From a virus (lineage: Duplodnaviria > Heunggongvirae > Uroviricota > Caudoviricetes): a stretch of DNA of 39,572 nucleotides. A model generated the notes under the pieces. It was not told where the DNA came from. It saw nothing but the letters and a program-made list of their open reading frames with translations, and searched no databases. The stretch is taken from positions 1-39,572 of the IMG/VR virus record IMGVR_UViG_2531839178_000021; one strand, written 5' to 3'. The translations under genes were made by a program, and so were the position numbers. Positions within the stretch are counted from its first letter, which is position 1; every line of letters starts with the position of its first letter. Shown here in pieces: positions 8,940-18,901 of the stretch.

Positions 8940-9929
8940 TCAGCCGTTGTCAGTGTCCAGTGAGTAGTTTTTAAAGCGGATGACCTCCTGACCGAGCCAG
9001 CCGTTTATCTCGCGGATCCTGTCCTGTAACGGGATAAGCTCATTGCGGACAAAGACCTTTGCCACTTTCTCAATATCACCCAGCGACCCGACGTTCTCCG
9101 GCTTGCCGCCCATCAACTGAAAGGGGATGCGGTGCGCGTCAAGCAGGTCAGCGGCGCTGGCTTTTTTGATATTAAAAAAATCGTCCTTCGTTGCCACTTC
9201 ACTGAGCGGGATAATTTTAATGCCGTCGGCTTTTCCCTGTGGGGCATAGAGAAACAGGTTTTTAAAGTTGTTGCGGCCTTTCGACTTCACCATGTTTTCG
9301 CGAAGCGTTTCGATATCGTTGCGATCCTGCACGGCATCAGTGACGTACATGATATATCCGGCATGAGCGCCGTTTTCGTAATACTTGCGGCGGAACAGCG
9401 TGGCCGACTCATTCAGCCAGGCAGAATTAAGGGCGCTGAGATATTCCGGCAGACCGTACAGCTCCTGATTAATATCCGGCTCCAGCAGGTGAAACACGGA
9501 TCCGGGCGCGAAGGCTGTCGGCTCGTTAAAGGACGGCACCCACCAGTAAACATCCTCCTCCACGCCACGGCGGGTATATTTTGCCGGTGAGGTTTCCAGT
9601 CTGATGACCTTACCGGTGGTGCTGTAACGCTTTTCCAGAAACGCATTACCGAACACCAGAAAATCCAGCACAAAGCGGCTGAAATCCTGCTGGGACAGCC
9701 ACGGGTGCGGGATAAACGTTGAAGCCAGAATATTACGTTTGACGTAAATCGGTGAGCTGTGATGCACGGCAGCACGCAGGCTTTTTGCCAGACCGGTAAA
9801 GCTGATTGGTGGCTCATACCATCTGCTGTTACTGATGCATTCGACGTAATCCAGAATGTCACGGTGGTCGAGTACCGGCACCGGCTCACCAAAGGTGAAT
9901 ACCTCCATTTTCGGGGCGCTGGCGGTCAT
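8940..9929 (-). CDS. Q: Portal protein Q; N-terminus frame-broken (probable true start ATG at 9973)
   Basis: 329-aa ORF MTASAPKMEVFTFGEPVPVLDHRDILDYVECISNSRWYEPP; upstream ATG at 9973-9971 with GGAG 8 nt upstream, out of frame by one base across a 5-nt homopolymer (plus-strand T-run 9960-9964). Confidence 0.85.
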   Translation of the reverse strand: MTASAPKMEVFTFGEPVPVLDHRDILDYVECISNSRWYEPPISFTGLAKSLRAAVHHSSPIYVKRNILASTFIPHPWLSQQDFSRFVLDFLVFGNAFLEKRYSTTGKVIRLETSPAKYTRRGVEEDVYWWVPSFNEPTAFAPGSVFHLLEPDINQELYGLPEYLSALNSAWLNESATLFRRKYYENGAHAGYIMYVTDAVQDRNDIETLRENMVKSKGRNNFKNLFLYAPQGKADGIKIIPLSEVATKDDFFNIKKASAADLLDAHRIPFQLMGGKPENVGSLGDIEKVAKVFVRNELIPLQDRIREINGWLGQEVIRFKNYSLDTDNG

Positions 9930-10034
9930 TGTTTTTGCCGCAGGTTGCGGTGTTTTCCCTTTTTCTTGCTCATCAGTAAAACTCCAGAATGGTGGATGTC
10001 AGCGGAGTGCTGATACCGGCGGTGAGTGGCTCAT

Positions 10035-11744
10035 TTAACAGGGCGTGCATGGTCGCCCAGGCGAGGTCGGCGTGGCTGGCTTCCTCGCTGCGGCTGGCCT
10101 CATAGGTGGCCTGCGTCCGCTGCTGGTCATGGTCTTGCGGATAGCCATGAACGAGCTGGTGATGTCGGTGGCGCTGACGTCATATTCCAGACAGCCACGG
10201 CGGATAACGTCTTTTGCCTTGAGCACCATTGCGGTTTTCATTTCCGGCGTGTAGCGGATGTCGCGCGCGGCGGGATAGAACGAGCGCACAAGCTGGAACA
10301 CGCCGACACCGAGGCCGGTGGCATCAATACCGATGTATTCGACGTTGTATTTTTCGGTGAGTTTGCGGATGGATTCCGTCTGGGTGGCAAAGTCCATACC
10401 TTTCCACTGGTGACGCTCAAGTATTCTGAATTTGCCACCGGCCACCACCGGCGGTGCCAGTACCACGCATCCGGCGCTGTCGCCACGGTGTGACGGGTCG
10501 TAACCAATCCATACCGGTCGGGAGCCGAACGGATTGGCGGCAAACGGCGCATAGTCTTCCCATTCTTCCAGCGTGTCGACCATGCAGCGTTGCAGCTCCT
10601 CGAACGGGAATACCGATGCCTTGTCGTCAACAAATTCACACATGAACAGGTTTTTAAAATCGTCGGCGCTGTTTTCGCGTTTAAGCTGCTCAATGTCGAA
10701 CAGCGTGCAGCCACCTTTCAGGGCGTCCTCAATGGTGACAATCTGCCGCCACTGGCCGTCCGCACAGAGAAGCCCACCGGCAAGGGCGTTATGACTGATG
10801 TCGATTTCCACGCGTTCGGCGGCGCTGGCGCGTCCCCGGTTAAACAGTTCACCCGACCAGAACGGGTAGGCGTCGTGCGCCAGCGTGGACGGGGTGGAGA
10901 AATAGGTCGAGCGCAGGTGACTCTGTGAGGCCATACCTGATGCCATCTTACGCAGTACCTGAAAATTCGGGATCCAGAACATCTCGTCGACGTACAGGTC
11001 GCCGTTATGGCTCTGCGCGGTGTTGGAGTTGGTGCCGAGAAAAATCAGTTTTGCGCCGTTATTGCCCAGGACAATCGGGTCACCGGTCAGGTCAACGTCA
11101 ACCAGCCGGGCAAAGGCGATGATGTATTCGCGGAACACATACGCCTGTGTTTTACTGGCCGACAGAAAAATCTGGTTATGACCGGTTTTCAGGGCGCGCA
11201 GCAGCGCCTCGCGGGAAAAATAAAACGTCGCGCCAATCTGGCGGGATTTCAGGATATCGCGGATGCGGTGCTCAAGCCCGGCGCGATACCAGTGCAACTG
11301 ATATTCGAAAGACTGCTCAAAGAAAATCTGCTCCAGCTTTTCGATGGCTTCGTCACTGAAAAAATTCTTTTTCGGTTTGCGACGCCCGCCTTTGTTGCGG
11401 TTAGCGACGTTCGGATTAAGGTCTGCCTCGTTGCCGGTCTGACTGTAGCGGTTGACCCGCGCCAGTCGTTCAATCTGGCGTCCCAGCAGGTCAATTTCCT
11501 TGAAGTCACCGCCGGTTTTCTGCGGTTTGATAATGAGCTGGGTCAGCCGCGCTTCCAGACTCATTTCGACACGGCTGATGGGGGCAACGCTGTCCCAGCC
11601 GTCGCGCTGTTTCCAGCTCTGCACCGTCGGGCGTTTCATCTGCAACATGGCGGCAATCTGCGGCACGGAAAACCCCTGCCAGTACAGCAGCGCCGCCTGA
11701 CGACGCGGGTCGTGCAAAAGAGTGGTGTCTGTGGTGATGGTCAT
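10035..11744 (-). CDS. P: Terminase large (ATPase) subunit P; 3' end frame-broken
   Basis: MTITTDTTLLHDPRRQAALLYWQGFSVPQIAAM...; C-terminal ~30 codons are Pro/Arg-rich, while the adjacent frame gives ..YEASRSEEASHADLAWATMHALLNEPLTAGISTPLTSTILEFY ending in TGA overlapping the upstream Q ATG (TGATG). Confidence 0.85.
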   Translation of the reverse strand: MTITTDTTLLHDPRRQAALLYWQGFSVPQIAAMLQMKRPTVQSWKQRDGWDSVAPISRVEMSLEARLTQLIIKPQKTGGDFKEIDLLGRQIERLARVNRYSQTGNEADLNPNVANRNKGGRRKPKKNFFSDEAIEKLEQIFFEQSFEYQLHWYRAGLEHRIRDILKSRQIGATFYFSREALLRALKTGHNQIFLSASKTQAYVFREYIIAFARLVDVDLTGDPIVLGNNGAKLIFLGTNSNTAQSHNGDLYVDEMFWIPNFQVLRKMASGMASQSHLRSTYFSTPSTLAHDAYPFWSGELFNRGRASAAERVEIDISHNALAGGLLCADGQWRQIVTIEDALKGGCTLFDIEQLKRENSADDFKNLFMCEFVDDKASVFPFEELQRCMVDTLEEWEDYAPFAANPFGSRPVWIGYDPSHRGDSAGCVVLAPPVVAGGKFRILERHQWKGMDFATQTESIRKLTEKYNVEYIGIDATGLGVGVFQLVRSFYPAARDIRYTPEMKTAMVLKAKDVIRRGCLEYDVSATDITSSFMAIRKTMTSSGRRPPMRPAAARKPATPTSPGRPCTPC

Positions 11745-11917
11745 GAATACCTCGCCGTGATGAATACACGGCAAGGCTACTGAGTCGCGCCCCGCGATTC
11801 GCTAAGGTGCTGTTGTGTCAGTGATAAGCCATCCGGGACTGATGGCGGAGGATGCGCATCGTCGGGAAACTGATGCCGACATGTGACTCCTCTAATCACT
11901 ATTCAGGACTCCTGACA

Positions 11918-12772
11918 ATGGCAAAAAAAGTCTCAAAATTCTTTCGTATCGGCGTTGAGGGTGACACCTGTGACGGGCGTGTCATCAGTGCGCAGGATAT
12001 TCAGGAAATGGCCGAAACCTTTGACCCGCGTGTCTATGGTTGCCGCATTAACCTGGAACATCTGCGCGGCATCCTGCCTGACGGTATTTTTAAACGTTAT
12101 GGCGATGTGGTCGAACTGAAGGCCGAAAAGATTGATGACGATTCGGCGCTGAAAGGCAAATGGGCGCTGTTTGCGAAAATCACCCCGACCGATGACCTTA
12201 TCGCGATGAACAAGGCCGCGCAGAAGGTCTACACCTCAATGGAAATTCAGCCGAACTTTGCCAACACCGGCAAATGTTATCTGGTGGGGCTGGCCGTCAC
12301 CGATGACCCGGCAAGCCTCGGCACGGAATATCTGGAGTTCTGCCGCACGGCAAAACACAACCCTCTGAACCGCTTCAAATTAAGCCCTGAGAACCTTATT
12401 TCAGTGGCAACGCCCGTTGAGCTGGAATTTGAAGACCTGCCTGAAACCGTGTTCACCGCCCTGACCGAAAAGGTGAAGTCCATTTTTGGCCGCAAACAGG
12501 CCAGCGATGACGCCCGCCTGAATGACGTGCATGAAGCGGTGACCGCTGTTGCTGAACATGTGCAGGAAAAACTGAGCGCCACTGAGCAGCGCCTCGCTGA
12601 GATGGAAACCGCCTTTTCCGCACTTAAGCAGGATGTGACTGACAGGGCGGATGAAACCAGCCAGGCATTCACCCGCCTGAAAAACAGTCTCGACAGCACC
12701 GAAAGTCTGACCCAGCAGCGCCGCAGCAAAGCCACCGGCGGTGGCGGTGACGCCCTGATGACGAACTGCTGA
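11918..12772 (+). CDS. O: Capsid scaffolding protein O
   Basis: MAKKVSKFFRIGVEGDTCDGRVISAQDIQEMAETFDPRVYGCRINLEHLRG; divergent from P. Confidence 0.85.
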   Translation: MAKKVSKFFRIGVEGDTCDGRVISAQDIQEMAETFDPRVYGCRINLEHLRGILPDGIFKRYGDVVELKAEKIDDDSALKGKWALFAKITPTDDLIAMNKAAQKVYTSMEIQPNFANTGKCYLVGLAVTDDPASLGTEYLEFCRTAKHNPLNRFKLSPENLISVATPVELEFEDLPETVFTALTEKVKSIFGRKQASDDARLNDVHEAVTAVAEHVQEKLSATEQRLAEMETAFSALKQDVTDRADETSQAFTRLKNSLDSTESLTQQRRSKATGGGGDALMTNC

Positions 12773-12845
12773 CCGGCGTCAGTCAGTCCGGGAAAACCTT
12801 CACGATTAACCCTTAATTTCAGGAAAAACTATGCGCCAGGAAACC

Positions 12846-14271
12846 TAATGCCGATCAGTTAAGGATCAGTTGACCGATCCAGTGGCTGTGTAAGAATCCG
12901 GAAACGCTCACTTGTTTCCGGATTTTTTTATGCACATTGGACAGGCTCTTGATCTGGTATCCCGTTACGATTCTCTGCGTAACCCACTGACTTCTCTGGG
13001 GGATTACCTCGACCCCGAACTCATCTCTCGTTGCCTTGCCGAATCAGGTACTGTAACGCTACGCAAGCGCCGTCTTCCCCTCGAAATGATGGTCTGGTGT
13101 ATTGTTGGCATGGCGCTTGAGCGTAAAGAACCTCTTCACCAGATTGTGAATCGCCTGGACATCATGCTGCCGGGCAATCGCCCCTTCGTTGCCCCCAGTG
13201 CCGTTATTCAGGCCCGCCAGCGCCTGGGAAGTGAGGCTGTCCGCCGCGTGTTCACGAAAACAGCGCAGCTCTGGCATAACGCCACGCCGCATCCGCACTG
13301 GTGCGGCCTGACCCTGCTGGCCATCGATGGTGTGTTCTGGCGCACACCGGATACACCAGAGAACGATGCAGCCTTCCCCCGCCAGACACATGCCGGGAAC
13401 CCGGCGCTCTACCCGCAGGTCAAAATGGTCTGCCAGATGGAACTGACCAGCCATCTGCTGACGGCTGCAGCCTTCGGCACGATGAAGAACAGCGAAAATG
13501 AGCTTGCTGAGCAACTTATAGAACAAACCGGCGATAACACTCTGACGTTAATGGATAAAGGTTATTACTCACTGGGACTGTTAAATGCCTGGAGCCTGGC
13601 GGGAGAACACCGCCACTGGATGATACCTCTCAGAAAGGGAGCGCAATATGAAGAGCTCAGAAAACTGGGTAAAGGCGATCATCTGGTGAAGCTGAAAACC
13701 AGCCCGCAGGCACGAAAAAAGTGGCCGGGACTGGGAAATGAAGTGACAGCCTGCCTGCTGACCGTGACGCGCAAAGGAAAAGTCTGCCATCTGCTGACGT
13801 CGATGACGGACGCCATGCGCTTCCCCGGAGGAGAAATGGCGGATCTGTACAGTCATCGCTGGGAAATCGAACTGGGATACAGGGAGATAAAACAGACGAT
13901 GCAACTGAGCAGGCTGACGCTGAGAAGTAAAAAGCCGGAGCTTGTGGAGCAAGAGCTGTGGGGTGTCTTACTGGCTTATAATCTGGTGAGATATCAGATG
14001 ATTAAAATGGCGGAACATCTGAAAGGTTACTGGCCGAATCAACTGAGTTTCTCAGAATCATGCGGAATGGTGATGAGAATGCTGATGACATTGCAGGGCG
14101 CTTCACCGGGACGTATACCGGAGCTGATGCGCGATCTTGCAAGTATGGGACAACTTGTGAAATTACCGACGAGAAGGGGAAGGGCCTTCCCGAGAGTGGT
14201 AAAGGAGAGGCCCTGGAAATACCCCACAGCCCCGAAAAAGAGCCAGTCAGTTGCTTAACTGACTGGCATTA
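12846..14271 (+). mobile_element. IS4, 1426 bp, with 13-bp target-site duplication gcgccaggaaacc
   Basis: ends taatgccgatcagttaag ... cttaactgactggcatta; identical 13-mers at 12833-12845 and 14272-14284. Confidence 0.9.
12930..14258 (+). CDS. insG: IS4 transposase (442 aa)
   Basis: [71 protein letters not shown]. Confidence 0.9.
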   Translation: MHIGQALDLVSRYDSLRNPLTSLGDYLDPELISRCLAESGTVTLRKRRLPLEMMVWCIVGMALERKEPLHQIVNRLDIMLPGNRPFVAPSAVIQARQRLGSEAVRRVFTKTAQLWHNATPHPHWCGLTLLAIDGVFWRTPDTPENDAAFPRQTHAGNPALYPQVKMVCQMELTSHLLTAAAFGTMKNSENELAEQLIEQTGDNTLTLMDKGYYSLGLLNAWSLAGEHRHWMIPLRKGAQYEELRKLGKGDHLVKLKTSPQARKKWPGLGNEVTACLLTVTRKGKVCHLLTSMTDAMRFPGGEMADLYSHRWEIELGYREIKQTMQLSRLTLRSKKPELVEQELWGVLLAYNLVRYQMIKMAEHLKGYWPNQLSFSESCGMVMRMLMTLQGASPGRIPELMRDLASMGQLVKLPTRRGRAFPRVVKERPWKYPTAPKKSQSVA

Positions 14272-15346
14272 GCGCCAGGAAACCCGCTTTAAATTTAATG
14301 CCTACCTGTCCCGTGTTGCCGAACTGAACGGCATCGACGCCGGTGATGTGTCGAAAAAATTCACCGTTGAACCGTCGGTCACCCAGACCCTGATGAACAC
14401 CATGCAGGAGTCCTCTGACTTTCTGACCCGCATCAACATTGTGCCGGTCAGCGAAATGAAAGGGGAAAAAATTGGCATCGGTGTCACCGGCTCCATCGCC
14501 AGCACCACCGACACCGCCGGTGGGACTGAGCGTCAGCCGAAGGACTTCTCGAAGCTGGCGTCTAACAAGTACGAATGCGACCAGATTAACTTCGATTTTT
14601 ATATCCGCTACAAAACGCTTGACCTGTGGGCGCGTTATCAGGATTTCCAGCTCCGTGTCCGTAACGCCATTATCAAACGCCAGTCCCTTGATTTCATCAT
14701 GGCCGGTTTTAACGGCGTGAAGCGTGCCGAAACTTCTGACCGCAGCAGCAATCCGATGTTGCAGGATGTGGCGGTCGGCTGGTTGCAGAAATACCGCAAT
14801 GAAGCCCCGGCGCGCGTGATGAGCAAGGTCACTGACGAGGAAGGGCGCACCACCTCTGAGGTTATCCGCGTGGGTAAGGGCGGCGATTATGCCAGCCTTG
14901 ATGCACTGGTGATGGATGCGACCAACAACCTGATTGAACCGTGGTATCAGGAAGACCCTGACCTTGTGGTGATTGTGGGACGTCAGCTACTGGCGGACAA
15001 GTATTTCCCCATCGTCAACAAAGAGCAGGACAACAGCGAAATGCTGGCCGCTGATGTCATCATCAGCCAGAAACGCATCGGTAACCTGCCGGCGGTACGC
15101 GTCCCGTACTTCCCGGCGGATGCGATGCTCATCACGAAGCTGGAAAACCTGTCCATCTACTACATGGATGACAGCCATCGCCGCGTGATTGTGGAAAACC
15201 CGAAACTCGACCGCGTGGAGAACTACGAGTCAATGAACATTGATTACGTGGTGGAAGACTATGCCGCCGGTTGTCTGGTGGAGAAAATTAAGGTCGGTGA
15301 TTTCTCCACACCGGCTAAAGCGACCGCAGAGCCGGGAGCGTAACCG

Positions 15347-15640
15347 ATGACGAGTCCCGCACAGCGCCACATGATGCGGGTCTCGGCAGCGATGACCGCG
15401 CAGCGGGAAGCCGCCCCGCTGCGACATGCAACTGTCTATGAGCAGATGCTGGTTAAGCTCGCCGTAGACCAGCGCACACTGAAAGCAATTTATTCAAAAG
15501 AGCTGAAGGCCGCGAAAAAACGCGAACTGCTGCCGTTCTGGTTGCCGTGGGTGAATGGCGTGCTGCCGCACGGCACCGCCGTCGAACTGCCCGACGTTCA
15601 GACCGCGCCCGTGGCTGAAACTGTCAATCTGTGGGAGTAA
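15347..15640 (+). other. 97-codon ORF, probably an in-frame fusion remnant of terminase small subunit M (5' part) and tail protein X (3' end) left by deletion of most of M, all of L and most of X
   Basis: only ~300 bp separate N stop (15343) from holin Y start (15644), where P2 order N-M-L-X-Y needs ~1.4 kb; the M and X assignments of the two halves are from memory. Confidence 0.5.
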
Positions 15641-15643
15641 CGC

Positions 15644-15925
15644 ATGACAGCAGAAGAAAAAAGCGTTCTGTCGCTTTTCATGATTGGGGTGCTGATTGTT
15701 GTCGGCAAGGTGCTTGCCGGTGGTGAACCCATCACCCCGCGTCTGTTTATCGGGCGCATGTTGCTCGGTGGTTTTGTCTCGATGGTTGCCGGTGTTGTTC
15801 TGGTGCAGTTTCCTGACCTGTCACTGCCTGCGGTGTGCGGCATTGGCTCCATGCTGGGTATCGCCGGTTATCAGGTGATTGAGATTGCCATTCAGCGCCG
15901 CTTTAAGGGCAGGGGGAAACCGTAA
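15644..15925 (+). CDS. Y: Holin Y
   Basis: 93-aa ORF with hydrophobic helices MTAEEKSVLSLFMIGVLIVVGKVLAGG...; precedes endolysin. Confidence 0.85.
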   Translation: MTAEEKSVLSLFMIGVLIVVGKVLAGGEPITPRLFIGRMLLGGFVSMVAGVVLVQFPDLSLPAVCGIGSMLGIAGYQVIEIAIQRRFKGRGKP

Positions 15926-16422
15926 TGCCGGTTATTAACACGCATCAGAATATCGCCGCCTTTCTCGACATGCTGGCCGTGTCCGAAGGGACGGCGAATC
16001 ATCCGCTGACGAAAAAACGGGGCTATGACGTGATAGTCACCGGACTGGACGGAAAGCCGGAAATTTTCACCGACTACAGTGACCACCCGTTCGCGCATGG
16101 CCGACCGGCGAAGGTGTTTAACCGTCGCGGTGAAAAATCCACGGCCTCCGGTCGCTATCAGCAGCTTTACCTGTTCTGGCCGCACTACCGCAAACAGCTT
16201 GCCCTGCCGGATTTCAGTCCGTTGTCACAGGACAGACTTGCCATTCAGTTGATCCGTGAACGCGGTGCACTGGATGACATCCGGGCGGGACGCATTGAGC
16301 GCGCCATTTCACGCTGTCGCAATATCTGGGCGTCCCTGCCGGGTGCCGGTTACGGTCAGCGTGAGCATTCACTGGAAAAACTGGTCACCGTCTGGCGTAC
16401 CGCTGGCGGCGTACCTGCTTAA
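15925..16422 (+). CDS. K: Endolysin K (lysozyme-like)
   Basis: MPVINTHQNIAAFLDMLAVSEGTANHPLTKKRGYDVIVTGLDGKPEIFTDYSDHPF. Confidence 0.85.
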   Translation: MPVINTHQNIAAFLDMLAVSEGTANHPLTKKRGYDVIVTGLDGKPEIFTDYSDHPFAHGRPAKVFNRRGEKSTASGRYQQLYLFWPHYRKQLALPDFSPLSQDRLAIQLIRERGALDDIRAGRIERAISRCRNIWASLPGAGYGQREHSLEKLVTVWRTAGGVPA

Positions 16423-16436
16423 ACGGAGTAAACACC

Positions 16437-16862
16437 ATGAAGAAATTATCCCTTTCACTGATGCTGAACGTGTCGCTGGCGCTGATGCTGGCACTGTCCC
16501 TGATTTACCCGCAGAGCGTGGCCGTCAATTTTGTCGCCGCCTGGGCGATTCTGGCGACGGTTATCTGTGTGGTTGCCGGTGGTATCGGCGTGTATGCCAC
16601 TGAGTATGTACTGGAACTCTACGGGCGGGAGCTGCCGCCGGAATCGCTGGCCGTGAAGATTGTCACGTCGCTGTTTTTGCAGCCGGTGCCGTGGCGCAGA
16701 CGGGCGGCGGCTCTGGTTGTGATGGTGGCGACATTTATCTCGCTGGTCGCTGCCGGGTGGATTTTTACCGCGCTGATTTATCTCGTAGCGTCGCTGTTTT
16801 TCCGGCTGATACGCACGGCCTGCCGTCAGCGTCTTGAGGGGCGGGAACCATGTCAAGGCTGA
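16437..16862 (+). CDS. lysA: Lysis regulatory membrane protein LysA
   Basis: 141-aa multi-TM ORF following K. Confidence 0.75.
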   Translation: MKKLSLSLMLNVSLALMLALSLIYPQSVAVNFVAAWAILATVICVVAGGIGVYATEYVLELYGRELPPESLAVKIVTSLFLQPVPWRRRAAALVVMVATFISLVAAGWIFTALIYLVASLFFRLIRTACRQRLEGREPCQG

Positions 16863-17275
16863 TGATTGTACTGATTGTGTTGTTATCGCTGGCGGTGGCG
16901 GGTCTGTTTCTGGTGAAACACAAAAATGCCAGCCTGCGCGCTTCGCTGGACAGGGCGAACAGCGTCGCCAGCGGGCAGCAGACGACCATCACCATGCTGA
17001 AAAATCAGCTTCATGTTGCGCTCACCAGGGCAGAAAAAAACGAGCTGGCGCAGGTGGCACTGCGTCAGGAACTGGAAAACGCCGCGAAGCGTGAAGCACA
17101 GCGCGAGAAAACCATCACGAGGTTACTCAATGAAAACGAAGATTTTCGCCGCTGGTACGGTGCTGACCTGCCTGATGCTGTGCGCCGGTTGCACCAGCGT
17201 CCGGCCTGCACCGACGCCAGTGATTGTCGCCAACGCCTGCCCGAAAGTGAGTCTTTGCCCGATGCCGGGCAGTGA
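16850..17275 (+). CDS. lysB: LysB (Rz-like inner-membrane spanin)
   Basis: N-terminal TM MSRLMIVLIVLLSLAVAGLFLV followed by coiled-coil region. Confidence 0.75.
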   Translation: MSRLMIVLIVLLSLAVAGLFLVKHKNASLRASLDRANSVASGQQTTITMLKNQLHVALTRAEKNELAQVALRQELENAAKREAQREKTITRLLNENEDFRRWYGADLPDAVRRLHQRPACTDASDCRQRLPESESLPDAGQ

Positions 17276-17420
17276 CCCGCAGACGAACGGCGATTTAAGT
17301 GCTGATATCAGGCAGCTTGAGAACGCGCTGGCACGCTGTGCCAGCCAGGTAAAAATGATTAAACACTGTCAGGACGAAAACGATGCTCAAACCCGACAGC
17401 CTGTGCAGGGCGTTGACTGA
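17130..17420 (+). CDS. lysC: LysC (Rz1-like outer-membrane lipoprotein spanin), overlapping lysB in another frame
   Basis: MKTKIFAAGTVLTCLMLCAGC lipoprotein signal with lipobox; Pro-rich mature part. Confidence 0.7.
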   Translation: MKTKIFAAGTVLTCLMLCAGCTSVRPAPTPVIVANACPKVSLCPMPGSDPQTNGDLSADIRQLENALARCASQVKMIKHCQDENDAQTRQPVQGVD

Positions 17421-17850
17421 TGCCGTCACGGTGCTGAAAACTAACCCCGATATGCTGCGGATATTCGTGGATAACGGGAGTATTGCCTCCACACTGGCGA
17501 CGTCGCTGTCGTTCGAAAAGCGTTACACGCTCAATGTGATTGTGACCGACTTTACCGGTGATTTTGACCTGCTCATCGTGCCGGTGCTGGCGTGGCTGCG
17601 GGAAAATCAGCCCGACATCATGACCACCGACGAAGGCCAGAAAAAGGGCTTCACGTTTTATGCAGACATCAACAATGACAGCAGCTTTGATATAAGCATC
17701 AGCCTGATGCTGACCGAGCGCACGCTGGTCAGTGAGGTGGACGGCGCGCTGCATGTGAAGAATATCCCTGAACCTCCGCCGCCGGAGCCGGTTACCCGCC
17801 CGGTGGAGCTTTATATCAATGGCGAACTGGTGAGCAAGTGGGATGAATGA
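17383..17850 (+). CDS. R: Tail completion protein R
   Basis: 155-aa ORF MLKPDSLCRALTDAVTVLKTNPDMLRIFVDNGSIAS. Confidence 0.8.
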   Translation: MLKPDSLCRALTDAVTVLKTNPDMLRIFVDNGSIASTLATSLSFEKRYTLNVIVTDFTGDFDLLIVPVLAWLRENQPDIMTTDEGQKKGFTFYADINNDSSFDISISLMLTERTLVSEVDGALHVKNIPEPPPPEPVTRPVELYINGELVSKWDE

Positions 17851-18294
17851 GTTTAAGCGTTTTGAAGACCGGCTGGCCGGACTGACTGAATCGCTGTCAC
17901 CGTCAGGGCGTCGGCGACTGAGCGCCGAACTGGCGAAACGTCTGCGTCAGAGTCAGCAGCGTCGGGTGATGGCACAGAAAGCCCCGGACGGCACACCCTA
18001 CGCGCCACGTCAGCAGCAGAGCGCCAGAAAAAGACCGGTCGCGTTAAGCGAAAAATGTTTGCGAAACTTATCACCAGTCGTTTTTTGCATATCCGCGCCA
18101 GCCCGGAACAGGCATCAATGGAGTTTTACGGCGGGAAGTCACCGAAAATCGCCAGTGTGCATCAGTTCGGTCTGTCGGAAGAAAACCGGAAAGACGGTAA
18201 GAAAATTGATTATCCGGCGCGTCCTCTGCTCGGCTTTACCGGTGAGGATGTGCAGATGATTGAAGAGATTATCCTGGCTCACCTGAATCGTTAG
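17843..18294 (+). pseudogene. S: Tail completion protein S, frame-broken at an A5 run (18028-18032)
   Basis: ORF 17843-18259 (MNEFKRFEDRLAGLTESLSPSGRRRLSAELAKRLRQSQQ...SARK) shifts to ORF 18055-18294 (MFAKLITSRFLHIRASPEQ...ILAHLNR) by a 1-nt deletion-type break. Confidence 0.75.
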
Positions 18295-18497
18295 CTTTAA
18301 TCATCTGAGAATATAAGATAGAAATCAATTGATTAGCATAATTTATTTTGAATTTTCATGTTAATAAATAAAAGGCCAGTTATTGGCCTTTTATCATTAC
18401 TTTCCATTTTTTAATGAATTGATTAACGATGCTATTTGCTCAATGCCATCAAATGTAGATGGTATCTTATCATCGGATAGCATGATGTTTGAAAATA

Positions 18498-18815
18498 CTA
18501 CGTCTTCGAATTTTGAAAGCGCTTCCGGATTGTTTTTCTTATCTCTGAGGAATAGTCGCTATAACTCTGAATGAACTGACAAAGGCTCTTTTTGAGTTCT
18601 ATTTGCATAATCTGAGTTCGTAACGATATATGATTTAGCAGTACAACTCTAAAGTAATACATGAAAATCAATGTAACTGATGCAAAAGGTAGTGCTGACA
18701 TAAAATATGTGGCAGCATTTGTCGTTTCGAGAGCTGGTAATTTATGCATTCCATAGTATATCAGCGGGGAGGGAATGATTATAGCCAAGATGATAAGAAT
18801 TATTCTTGATAGCAT
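18498..18815 (-). CDS. Small membrane protein (two predicted TM helices), cargo, unknown function
   Basis: 105-aa low-GC ORF MLSRIILIILAIIIPSPLIYYGM...ATYFMSALPFASVTLIFMYYFRVVLL; downstream of and co-oriented with the 18902-19468 gene. Confidence 0.55.
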   Translation of the reverse strand: MLSRIILIILAIIIPSPLIYYGMHKLPALETTNAATYFMSALPFASVTLIFMYYFRVVLLNHISLRTQIMQIELKKSLCQFIQSYSDYSSEIRKTIRKRFQNSKT

Positions 18816-18901
18816 GATTGCACTTTCTTTTTTTTGCCAAGTGAATTAAAGCCTTCAAACAATCCAACAAAATTAAATGCGACCTCATACCCTTTTAATG
18901 A

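Larger units (their letters stand above)
12831..15343 (+). pseudogene. N: Major capsid protein N, interrupted after codon 5 by IS4 (5' stub 12831-12845, remainder 14273-15343)
   Basis: ATG CGC CAG GAA ACC (MRQET) then IS4 end; after IS4 the duplicated target resumes RQETRFKFNAYLSRVAELNGIDAGDVSKKFTVEPSV in frame, but an in-frame TAG at the IS end blocks read-through. Confidence 0.8.

Noticed and set aside
11007-11783. 258-aa plus-strand ORF (with neighbours 10590-10928 and 10026-10493)
   Set aside because: Lies entirely antisense to the terminase gene P, which has a clear conserved product; Gly/Arg-rich composition typical of a shadow frame.
13059-13526. 155-aa minus-strand ORF inside IS4
   Set aside because: Antisense to the IS4 transposase; no independent support.
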